Part shown: piece after piece, positions 52,701-62,950 of the stretch
Numbering within the stretch: position 1 is the first letter of the stretch
Layout of the letters: every line of letters begins with the position of its first letter
Source: Dromaius novaehollandiae
Lineage: Eukaryota
DNA: 64,000 bases
Assembly: GCF_036370855.1 (NCBI RefSeq)
Contig: NC_088135.1
Coordinates: 62,001 to 126,000 of the forward strand
Direction: 5' to 3'
The notes under the pieces: model-generated
Told to the model about the DNA's origin: nothing
Databases searched by the model: none
Seen by the model: only the letters and a program-made list of their open reading frames with translations
Program-made: the position numbers and the translations under genes

Positions 52701-55700
52701 ATGCCTGGGCCCTTTCCCGGACACCTGGGCCCCTTCCTGGGACGCCTGGGCCCCTTTCCCGGACGCCTGGGCCCTCCCGGACGCCTGGGCCCCTTCCCTC
52801 GATTCCTGCCCCCTTTCCCAGACGCCTGTTCCCCTCTCCCAGACGCCTGGGCCCTTTCCCGGACGCCTGGGCCCCTTCCCTCGATTCCTGCCCCCTCTCC
52901 CGGACGCCTGGGCCCTTTTCCCGGACGCCTGGGCCCCTTCCCTTGATTCCTGCCCCCTCTCCCGGACGCCTGGGCCCCTTTCCCGGACACCTGGGCCCCT
53001 CCCGGACGCCTGGGCCCCTTCCCTCGATTCCTGCTCCCTCTCCCGGACGCCTGGGCCCCTCCCCGGACGCCTGTTCCCCTCTCCCGGACGCCTGGGCCCT
53101 TCCCTGGACGCCTGGGCCCCTTCCCTCGATTCCTGCCCCCTCTCCCAGACGCCTGGGCCCCTCTCCCGGACGCCTGGGCCCCTTCCCTCGATTCCTGTTC
53201 CCTCTCCCGGACGCCTGGGCCCCTCCCGGACGCCTGGGCCCCTTCCCTCGATTCCTGCCCCCTCTCCCGGACGCCTGGGCCCTCCCGGACGCCTGGGCCC
53301 CTCTCCCCGACACCTGGGCCCCTTTCCCGGACACCTGGGCCCCTTCCCTCGATTCCTGCTCCCTCTCCCGGACGCCTGGGCCCCTCTCCCGGACGCCTGT
53401 TCCCCTCCCGGACGCCTGTTCCCTTTCCCGGACGCCTGGGCCCCTTCCCTGGACGCCTGTTCCCCTCCCGGACGCCTGTTCCCTTTCCCGGACGCCTGGG
53501 CCCCTTCCCGGACGCCTGGGCCCCTTCCCTCAATTCCTGCCCCCTTTCCCGGACGCCTGGGCCCCTCCCCGGACACCTGGGCCCCTCCCGGATGCCTGGG
53601 CCCTTCCCCGGACACCTGGGCCCCTTCCCTCGATTCATGCCCCCTCTCCCAGACGCCTGGGCCCCTTCCCCGGACGCCTGGGCCCCTCCCTGGACACCTG
53701 GGCCCCTCTCCCGGACGCCTGGGCCCCTTCCTTCAATTTCTTTTCCCTTTCCCGGACGCCTGTTCCCCTCCCGGACGCCTGGGCCCCTCCCCGGACGCCT
53801 GTTCCCCTCCCGGACGCCTGGGCCCTCCCGGACGCCTGGGCCCTTTCCCGGACGCCTGGGCCCCTCCCGGACGCCTGGGCCCCCCTCCCTTCCCCGCGCA
53901 GGTGGCGATGCCCGTGCGGACGCTGCGGCTCCTGGGCGCCCGGACGCTGCTGCTGACCAACGCTGCCGGCAGCCTCCGGCCCGACCTGACGCCCGGCGAC
54001 TTGCTGGTGCTGCGCGACCACCTCGACCTGCCCGGCCTGGCCGGACGCAGCCCCCTGGCCGGCCCCAACGACGAGCGGTGCGTGAGCCGGGGGCCCAGGC
54101 GTCCGGGAGGGGGGAACAGGCGTCCGGGAGGGGGGAACAGGCGTCCGGGAAAGGGACCTAGGTGGTTGGGAAGGGGCCCAGGCGTCCAGGAAAGGGGCCC
54201 AGGCGTCCGGGAGGGGAACAGGCGTCCGGGAGGGGAACAGGAATCAAGGGAAGGGGCCCAGGTGTCTGGGAAAGGGCCCAGGTGTCCGGGGAGGGGCCCA
54301 GGCGTCCGGGAAAGGGGCCCAGGTGTCCGGGAAAGAGGGGCCCAGGCGTCCGGGAGAGGGCCCAGGCGTCCGGGAAAAGGGCCCAGGTGTCCAGGAAAGG
54401 GAACAGGTGTCCGGGGAGGGCCCAGGCGTCCGGGAAAGGACCCAGGCGTCCGGGGAAGGGGCCCAGGCGTCCGGGAGGGGCCCAGGCGTCCGGGAGGGGC
54501 CCAGGCGTCCGGGAAAAGGGGCCCAGGCGTCCGGGAAAAGGGCCCAGGCGTCCGGGAGGGGAACAGGAATCAAGGAAAGGGGCCCAGGCGTCCGGGAGGA
54601 GGGCCCAGGCGTCCGGGGAGGGGAACAGGCGACCGGGGAGGGGAACAGGCGTCCGGGAGGGGGGAACAGGCGACCGGAACGAGGGGCCCAGGCGTCCGGG
54701 AGAGGGGAACAGGCGTCCGGGAAAAGGGGCCCAGGCGTCCGGGAGAGGAGCCCAGGCGTCCGGGAGAGGGAACAGGCATCCGGGAAAAGGGCCCAGGCGT
54801 CCGGGGAGGGACCTAGGTGGTTGGGAAGGGGCCCAGGCGTCCGGGAGAGGGCCCAGGCGTCCGGGAGGGGAACAGGAATCAAGGGAAGGGGCCCAGGCGT
54901 CCGGGAAAGGGGCCCAGGCGTCCGGGAGAGGGGAACAGGCGTCCGGGAAAGGGGCCCAGGCATCCGGGAAGGGGCCCAGGCATCCGGGAAAAGGGGCCCA
55001 GGCGTCCGGGAAAAGGGCCCAGGCGTCTGGGAGGGGAACAGGAATCAAGGAAAGGGGCCCAGGCGTCCGGGAAAGGGCCCAGGCGTCCGGGGAAGGGGCC
55101 CAGGTGTCCGGGAAAGGGGCCCAGGCGTCCGGGAAAGGGAACAGGCGTCCGGGAAAGGACCCAGGCGTCCGGGAAAGGAGCCCAGGCGTCCGGGAGGGGC
55201 CCAGGCGTCCGGGAAAGGGGCCCAGGCGTCCGGGAGAGGGAACAGGCATCCGGGAAAAGGGCCCAGGCGTCCGGGGAGGGACCTAGGTGGTTGGGAAGGG
55301 GCCCAGGCGTCCGGGAGAGGGCCCAGGCGTCCGGGAGGGGAACAGGAATCAAGGGAAGGGGCCCAGGCGTCCGGGAAGGGGCCCAGGCGTCCGGGAAGGG
55401 GCCCAGGCGTCCGGGAAAGGACCCAGGCGTCCGGGAAAGGAGCCCAGGCGTCCGGGAGGGGCCCAGGCGTCCGGGAAAGGGGCCCAGGCGTCCAGGTGAA
55501 GGGCCCAGGTGTCCGGGAAAGGGGCCCAGGCATCCGGGAGAGGGAACAGGCGTCCAGGAAAAGGGCCCAGGCGTCCGGGAGGGGCCCAGGCGTCCGGGGA
55601 GGGGCCCAGGCGTCCGGGGAGGGGCCCAGGCGTCCGGGAAAAGGGCCCAGGCGTCCAGGAAAGGGGCCCAGGCGTCCGGGGAAAGGGCCCAGGCGTCCAG

Positions 55701-58700
55701 GACAAGGGCCCAGGCGTCCGGGTAAAGAGCCCAGGCGTTCCAGAAAAGGGCCCAGGCGTCCGGGAGAGGGACCTAGGTGGTTGGGAAGGGGCCCAGGCGT
55801 CCGGGAAAGGGACCCAGGCGTCCGGGAGAGGAGCCCAGGCGTCCCGTGACCCCCGTGTCCCCCCCGCCCAGGTTCGGGCCCCGCTTCCCGGCGGTGGCGG
55901 GCGCCTACGACGCGTCGCTGCGGGCCCTGGCGCTGCGGCTGGCGGCCCGGGTGGCCCCCGAGCTCCGGGCCCGGCCCGGCGTCTACTGCGGCGTCGGCGG
56001 CCCCGGCTACGAGACGGCCGCCGAGGGCCGCTTCCTGCGCCGCGCCGGCGCCGACGCCGTCGGTGAGCCCTAATTACCGAGCAGTTCCCCTAATTAGCTT
56101 GCAATTAGCTCTCTGCACCGTTGCAATTAATGTGCATGCTCGTAAGCTTGCAGTGATCTCGTTGCACCATTGCAATTAGCGTGCACGCTCGTTAACTTGC
56201 AATGACCCTGTTGCACCATTGCAATTAGCGTGCACGCTCGTTAGCTTGCAATGATCTCGTTGCACCATTGCAATTATCGTGCACGCTTGTTAGCTTGCAA
56301 TGACGTCATTGCAGCATTGCAATTAGCGTGCACGCTCGTTAGCTTGCAATTAGCTCTTTGCACCATTGCAATTAATGTGCATGCTAATTAGCTTGTAATG
56401 ACCCTGTTGCACCATTGCAATTAGCGTGCATGCTCGTTAGCTTGCAATGATCTCGTTGCACCATTGCAATTAGCGTGCACGCTCGTTAGCTTGCAATGAT
56501 CTCGTTGCACCATTGCAATTAGCGTGCACGCTCGTTAGCTTGCAATTACCCTGTTGCACCATTGCAATTACTCATTTGCACCATTGCAATTAGCGTGCAT
56601 GCTCGTTACCTTGCAATTAGTTCATTGCACCATTGCAATTAATGTGCATGCTCATTAGCTTGCAATCGCCCTGTTGCACCATTGCAATTAGCCCTTTGCA
56701 CCATTGCAATTAGCGTGCACGCTCATGAGCTTGCAATTAGCTCATTGCACTATTGCAATTAGCGTGCACGCTCATTAGCTTGCAATTATCTCATTGCACC
56801 ATTGCAATTAATGTGCATGCTAATTAGCTTGCAATCACGCCGTTGCACCATTGCAATTAGTGTGCACGCTCATTAGCTTGCAGATAGCTCATTGCACCAT
56901 TGCAATTAATGTGCATGCTAATTAGCTTGCAATGACCTCATTGCAGCATTGCAATTAGCGTGCATGCTAATTAGCTTGCAATGATGCCTCTGCACCATTG
57001 CAATTAGCGTTCTAATTAGCATGTAATTAGCACATGGAGGGCTTGCAATTAGCATGCAGTTAGCATGTAATTACCCCAAGCAGCACCTAGCGAGCGCATA
57101 ATTAGGAGATAATTAGCATGCGATCTGCATCTAATTAGCATACGCTGAACCTGCAAGAAGTCTTTAATTAGGAGATGATGCTAATTAGGGTTGATGAGTT
57201 AGCGTGTAATTAGCGTGTTGTTAGCGTGTAGGGCAGCAGGAAGCTCTTGGCTAATTAGGATGTGGCTCTGCTTAAAATTAGCAAGTAATTAGCATGTAAT
57301 TAGCATGTAATCAGTGCATAATTGGCATGTGGTTAGTGTGTAATTAGCATGTAATTAGCATGTAGTTAGCATATAATTAAGTTATGGTGAGTGTGCAATT
57401 AGCATGTAGTTAGTATGTAATTAAGCTATAGCTAGCGTGTAATTAGCATGCGATTAGCATGTGATTAACATGCAATTAGTGTGTGATTAGCATCTAATTA
57501 GCATATAATTAAGAGCTTAGCGTGTAATGAGCGTGCACGCAGGCCGTAATTAGCCCGCGGCCTGTGACGAGCGTGGCCTTGGCGTGTGCTTAGCGTGTGC
57601 TAGGGCTCTGCGTGCTGCTGGCGTGCGATTTGCATGTGATTTGCGTGTGATTTGCATGTGATTTGCATGTGATTTGCATGCTCTTTGCTTGCACTTTGCA
57701 CCCCCCTTGCACCCTCCTTGCACCCACTTAGCACCGTCCTTGCACCCTTGATGCAGCCAGTTAGCACCCTCGTTGCACACTCATTGCACCCACTTAGCAC
57801 TGAGTTAGCACCCCCCTTGCACCCCCCTTGCACCCCCCTTGCCCCCTCCTTGCACCCTCGTTGCACCCTCCTTGCACCCTCGTTGCACGCTCCTTGCATG
57901 CTCCTTGCACCCACTTAGCACCCACTTAGCACCTGCCTTGCACCCTTGATGCAGCCACTTAGCACTCTCGTTGCACCCACTTAGCACCCACTTAGCACCC
58001 ACTTAGCACCCACTTAGCACCCACTTAGCACCCCCCTTGCACCCTCGTTGCACCCTCTTTGCACCCACTTAGCACCCCCCTTGCACCCTCCTTGCACCCT
58101 CCTTGCACCCTCCTTGCACCCTTGATGCACCCACTTAGCACCCTCGTTGCACCCACTCAGCACCCACTCAGCACCCCCCTCGCACACTCATTGCACCCTC
58201 CTTGTACACTCATTGCACCCACTCAGCACCCACTCAGCACCCACTTTGCACCCACTCAGCACCCACTTAGCAGCCACTTTGCACCCCCCTTGCACGCTCC
58301 TTGCACCCACTCAGCACCCACTCAGCACCCTCCTTGCACACTCCTTGCACCCACTTAGCACCCACTTAGCACCCCCTTGCACACTCATTGCACCCCCTCA
58401 GCACCCACTCAGCACCCCCTCAGCACCCACTTAGCACCCCCCTTGTACCCCCCCCTTGCACACTCATTGCACCCCCTCAGCACCCCCTCAGCACCCCCTC
58501 ACCCCCCCCTTTGCCCCCCCCCGGCACCCACGCTCCCACCCGCCCCCCCCAGGCATGAGCACGGTGCACCCACTCAGCACCCCCCTCGCACCCCCCCAGC
58601 ACCCCCTCAGCACCCCCTCAGCCCCCCCCCCTTTGCCCCCCCCCGGCACCCACGCCCCCGCCCGCCCCCCCAGGCATGAGCACGGTGCACCCACTCAGCA

Positions 58701-60459
58701 CCCACTCAGCACCCACTCAGCACCCACTTAGCACCCACTCAGCTCCCACTTAGCACCCACTCAGCTCCCACTTAGCAGCCCCCTCGCACACTCATTGCAC
58801 CCCCCTTGCACCCACTCAGCACCCACTCAGCACCCCCTCGTTGCACCCCCCTTGCACCCCCCTTGCACCCTCCTTGCACCCTCCTTGCACCCCCCTTGCA
58901 CCCTCCTTGCACCCTCCTTGCACCCCCCTTGCACACCCCTTGCATCCTCCTTGCACACTCGTTGCACCCACTTAGCACCCCCCTTGCACCCCCCTTGCAC
59001 CCCCCTTGCACCCACTTAGCACCCACTTAGCACCCACTTTGCACCCCCTCAGCACCCCCTCAGCACCCCCTCACCCCCCCTTCAGCACCCCCTCAGCACC
59101 CCCTCAGCACCCCCTCAGCACCCACTTAGCACCCCCCTCGCCCCCCTCCGCACACCCCCGCCCCCGCCCGCCCCCCAGGCATGAGCATGGTGCACCCACT
59201 CAGCACCCACTTAGCACCCCCCTTGCACCCCCCTTGCACCCCCCTTGCACACTCATTGCACCCCCATTGCACCCCCCTTGCACCCCCTTGCACCCACTCA
59301 GCACCCACTTAGCACCCACTTAGCACCCTCCTTGCACCCTTGATGCAGCCACTTAGCACTCTCGTTGCACCCACTTAGCACCCTCCTTGCACCCCCCTTG
59401 CACCCCCCTTGCACCCCCCTCGCACCCCCCTCGCACCCTCGTTGCACCCTCGTTGCACCCTCATTGCACCCCCTTGCACCCCCTCAGCACCCACTTAGCA
59501 CCCCCCTTGCACCCCCCTTGCACCCTCATTGCACCCACCTTGCACCCCCCCTCACCCCCCCCTTTGCCCCCCCCCGGCACCCATGCCCCCGCCCGCCCCC
59601 CAGGCATGAGCATGGTGCACCCACTCAGCACCCACTCAGCACCCACTTAGCACCCACTCAGCACCCCCTTGCACCCCCCTTGTACCCCCTCCTTGCACCC
59701 TCCTTGCACCCTCCTTGCACCCACTTTGCACCCACTCAGCACCCCCTTAGCACCCCTTCTTTGCACCCCCCTTGCACCCCCCTCAGCACCCCCTCAGCAC
59801 CCCCTTGCACCCCCCCTCAGCCCCCCCTCGCCCCCCCCAGCACCCACTTTGCACCCCCTCGTTGCACCCCCCTTGCACCCCCATTGCACCCCCCCAGCAC
59901 CCATTGAGCACCCCCTCAGCACCCCCCTTGCACCCCCCCCTTGCACCCCCCTTGCACCCTCCTTGCACCCTCCTTGCACCCACTTAGCACCCACTTTGCA
60001 CCCCCCTTGTACCCCCCCTTGCACCCCCCTTGCACCCACTCAGCACCCCCTCAGCACCCCCTCAGCACCCTCCTTGCACCCCCCTTGCACCCTCCTTGCA
60101 CCCACGCCCCCCCGCCCCCCCCAGGCATGAGCACGGTGCACGAGGCGGTGGCCGGGCGCCACTGCGGCCTGCGGCTCCTGGGGCTCTCGCTCATCACCAA
60201 CATGGCCGCCGGCGCCACCCACGACGGTGACGATGACGACGGTGACGACGGTCACGACGGGGACGACGACGGGGGCCACGACGCGGTGCTGGCGGCCGCC
60301 CGACGCGCCGTCACCCCGCTGCGGGCCCTGCGCGACGCCCTGGCCCGGCACCTGGCCCGCGAGGAGGAGGAGGAGGAGGCCGAAGGCCGCCGTGACGGTG
60401 ACGACGGTGACGGTGACGATGGCGACGAGGAGGAAGGGCGGCGCCGAGAGGCCGCCTGA
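43756..60459 (+). CDS. PNP: PNP (purine nucleoside phosphorylase), complete CDS in 6 exons, 327 aa
   Basis: MEG|[56 protein letters not shown]|[35 protein letters not shown]|[59 protein letters not shown]|[13 protein letters not shown]...[22 protein letters not shown]|[25 protein letters not shown]... This is collinear with human PNP. Exon lengths 11+167+104+176+191+335 = 984 nt, in frame. Confidence 0.85.
45040..47940. repeat. About 31 bp satellite (ATGGGTCC CGCCATGGGTCCTGGGTCCATCT...), 2.9 kb, in the proposed PNP intron 1
   Basis: Highly regular tatgggtcccgccatgggtcctgggtccatccatgggtcccaccatggg; every unit carries a CCATGG (NcoI site, ATG in Kozak-like context). Confidence 0.95.
48143..48309 (+). 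CDS. PNP: PNP exon 2: (S)[55 protein letters not shown](V)
   Basis: Acceptor ggggggggcag|C TAC, donor ACC G|gtgagcg, 167 nt. Confidence 0.8.
48310..51960. repeat. ACTGGGAG(C/G)(G/A) / GGTGCTGGGGGG satellite (reverse-orientation member of the CTCCCAGTG family), 3.6 kb, PNP intron 2
   Basis: gggaggtgctggggggcaactgggagcgactgggg... Confidence 0.95.
52337..52440 (+). CDS. PNP: PNP exon 3: (V)[34 protein letters not shown]
   Basis: Acceptor gtgtgcag|TG, donor CAG|gtgcgc, 104 nt. Confidence 0.85.
53902..54077 (+). CDS. PNP: PNP exon 4: [58 protein letters not shown](R)
   Basis: Acceptor tccccgcgcag|GTG, donor GAG CG|gtgcgt, 176 nt. Confidence 0.85.
55872..56062 (+). CDS. PNP: PNP exon 5: (R)[63 protein letters not shown](G)
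   Basis: Acceptor cccgcccag|G TTC, donor GTC G|gtgagc, 191 nt. Confidence 0.85.
56070..57550. repeat. AT-rich TAATTA-containing tandem repeats (about 60 bp unit cattgcaattagcgtgcacgctcgttagcttgcaatga; then gcatgtaattagc units) in PNP intron 5
   Basis: More than 60 TAATTA/AATTAG cores; base composition differs sharply from the flanks. Confidence 0.9.
57600..57690. repeat. Five tandem copies of (G)TGATTTGCAT(G), the octamer motif ATTTGCAT
   Basis: gcgtgcgatttgcatgtgatttgcgtgtgatttgcatgtgatttgcatgtgatttgcatgctc. Confidence 0.8.
57700..60120. repeat. 11 bp satellite CCCACT(T/C)AGCACC / CCCCCTTGCACC, with four embedded copies of the PNP exon-6 acceptor plus start (pyrimidine tract, CAG, GCATGAGCA(C/T)GGTGCAC)
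   Basis: The copies lie at about 58546, 58668, 59170 and 59591. The genuine acceptor is at 60113-60124. Confidence 0.9.
60125..60459 (+). CDS. PNP: PNP exon 6 (terminal): (G)[110 protein letters not shown]
   Basis: Acceptor ccccccccccag|GC ATG, TGA at 60457-60459. Contains Asp/Gly and poly-Glu coding repeats that are absent from human PNP. Confidence 0.85.
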
Positions 60460-60479
60460 GCGCGCGCTGGGCCGGAAAG

Positions 60480-61560
60480 GGCCCAGGCGTCCGGGTGCCT
60501 TGACCCCACCCCGATCCCCTCCCCCACCCCAAAAGGGGCCCAGGCATCCGGGTGACCCCCCCCCCATCCCCCACCGCAAGGGGCCCAGGCGTCCGGGACC
60601 CCCCAATCTAACCCATCCCCCACCCAAAGGGCCCAGGCGTCCGGGTGCCTTAACATCCGCCCATCCCCCACCCCAAGGGGCCCAGGCGTCCGGGTGACCC
60701 CCAATCTAGCCCATCCCCCACCCAAGGGGCCCAGGCGTCCGGGACCCCCAATCTAGCCCATCCCCCACCCAAGGGGCCCAGGCGTCCGGGACCCCCAATC
60801 TAACCCATCCCCCACCCAAGGGGCCCAGGCGTCCGGGTGACCCCCAATCTAGCCCATCCCCCACCCCAAGGGGCCCAGGCGTCCGGGACACCCAATCTAA
60901 CCCCTCCCCCACCCCAAGGGGCCCAGGCGTCCGGGTGACCCCCAATCTAGCCCATCCCCCACCCCAAGGGGCCCAGGCGTCCGGGACACCCAATCTAACC
61001 CCTCCCCCACCCCAAGGGGCCCAGGCGTCCGGGACCCCCTAGGACCAACCCCCCCCATCCCATCCCCCACCCAAAGGGGCCCAGGCGTCCGGGTGCCTTA
61101 ACATCCGCCCATCCCCCACCCCAAAAGGGGCCCAGGCGTCCGGGACCCTCCAGCCAACCCCATCCCCCACCCCAAAGGGCCCAGGCGTCCGGGACCCCCA
61201 ATCTAACCCCTCCCCCACCCCCCAGGGGCCCAGGCGTCCGGGACCCCCCAATCTAACCCATCCCCCACCCAAAGGGCCCAGGCGTCCGGGTGCCTTAACA
61301 TCCGCCCATCCCCCACCCCAAGGGGCCCAGGCGTCCGGGTGACCCCCTAGGACCAACCCCCCATCCCATCCCCCACCCCAAAAGGGGCCCAGGCGTCCGG
61401 GACCCCCTAGGACCAACCCCCCATCCCATCCCCCACCCGAGGGGCCCAGGCGTCCGGGACCCCCAATCTAACCCCTCCCCCACCCCAAAAGGGGCCCAGG
61501 CGTCCGGGACCCTCCAGCCAACCCCTCCCCCACCCCAGGGGCCCAGGCGTCCGGGCCCCC
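60480..61560. repeat. About 45 bp tandem repeat of about 22 copies starting 20 nt after the PNP stop (AAGGGGCCCAGGCGTCCGGG(T/A)(G/C)ACCCCCAATCTAACCCATCCCCCACCC)
   Basis: A hybrid of the core minisatellite and a C-rich CCCATCCCCCACCCC spacer. Confidence 0.9.
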
Positions 61561-61599
61561 CCCAAGGACCAACCCCCCATCCCCCCCCCAGGGCGATTA

Positions 61600-62950
61600 A
61601 TTACCCCCCGCCATTAATTAGGGGGGGGAGGGGCGATTTGATCACCCCTTCACTCGTTAACAGTTAATTAACCCCGTATTAACGGTTAATTAGCGCTTAA
61701 TTAACGGTTAATTAACAGTCGGCTGATGGTTAATAAAGGCTTAATTACCCCTTAATTAACAGTCGCCTGATAATTAATAGCTTATTAGCAGTTAATTAAC
61801 AGTCGGCTCATGGTTAATTAACGGGTCGGCTAATGGTTAATTAAGGATTAATCCTTAATTAACAGCTGAGTGATGGTTAATCAGTGCTCGACCGATGGTT
61901 AATGGTTAATTAATGGTTGATTGATGGCTTATTAACGGTTAATTAATGGTCGACTGGTGGTTAATAGTTAATAAACAGTTAATTAGCGGTCGGTCGATGG
62001 TTTATTAAAGGTTAATTAATGGTCGACTGGTGGTTAATAGATAATTAACAGTTAATTACCAGTCGATCGATGGTTAATTAAAGGTTAATTAATGGTCGAC
62101 TGGTGGTTAATAGATAATTAACGGTTAATTACCAGTCGATCGATGGTTAATTAAAGGTTAACTAACGCTCAACCGATGGTTAGTGGTTAATTAACGGTCG
62201 ATTCATGCTTTATTAAAGGCTAATTAATGATAAACTGATGGTTCATGGTTAATTAACGGCTAATTAACAGTCAATCGCTGGTTAATTAACGGTTAGTTAC
62301 TGGTCGACTGAGGGTTAGTAGTTAATTAACGGTCGATCAATGGTTAATTAATGGTTAATTAATGGTCAGCTGATGGTTAATAGTTAATTAATGGTCGATT
62401 AATGGCTTATTAACAGTTAATTAATGGTTGATAGATGGTTAATAGATGATTAATGATTAATTACCGGTCAATTAATGGTTAATTAAGGGCTAACTAATGG
62501 TGTACCGATGGTTAATGGTTAATTAACGGTCGATTCATGGTTTATTAACGGTTAATTAATGGTCGATTAATGGTTAATAGATAATTAATGGTTAATTATC
62601 GGCCGATTGATGGTTAATTAAAGGTTAATTAATGGTCAGCTCAAGGTAAATAATTAATTAGCGGTTAACTAACAGTCAATGAGGGATTAATTAATGGTTA
62701 ATTAATGGTCAAGTGATGGTTAGTACTTAATTAACAGTCAATTAATGGTTAATTAATGTTTCATTAATGGTCGGCTGATGGTTAATGGTTAATTAACGGT
62801 CGATTAATGGTTAATTAACACTTAATTAACGGTCGACTGATGGTTGATAGTTAAAGAACGGTTAATTAACGGCCGGCCAACGGTTACTTAGGGGTTAATT
62901 AACGCTTAATTAGCGGTCGGCTGATAGTTCGTTAGCGGTTAATTAGCGGC
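61600..62950. repeat. AT-rich TTAATTAA / GGTTAATTAACGGTCGA(T/C)TGATGG ~60 bp tandem repeat
   Basis: More than 50 TTAATTAA (PacI-site) palindromes. Sharp AT-rich island. Confidence 0.9.
61732..61737 (+). other. Candidate PNP poly(A) signal AATAAA, the first one after the stop, about 1.27 kb downstream
   Basis: ggttaataaaggc lies within the TTAATTAA-rich repeat. A second AATAAA is at about 61968. Confidence 0.25.

Noticed and set aside
58546-59625. Extra PNP exons beginning GMSTVH.. in the intron-5 satellite
   Set aside because: After the copied ~24 nt the frame runs into satellite sequence (..PLSTPLAP..) without PNP similarity. The genuine exon 6 at 60125 gives the conserved continuation [11 protein letters not shown].
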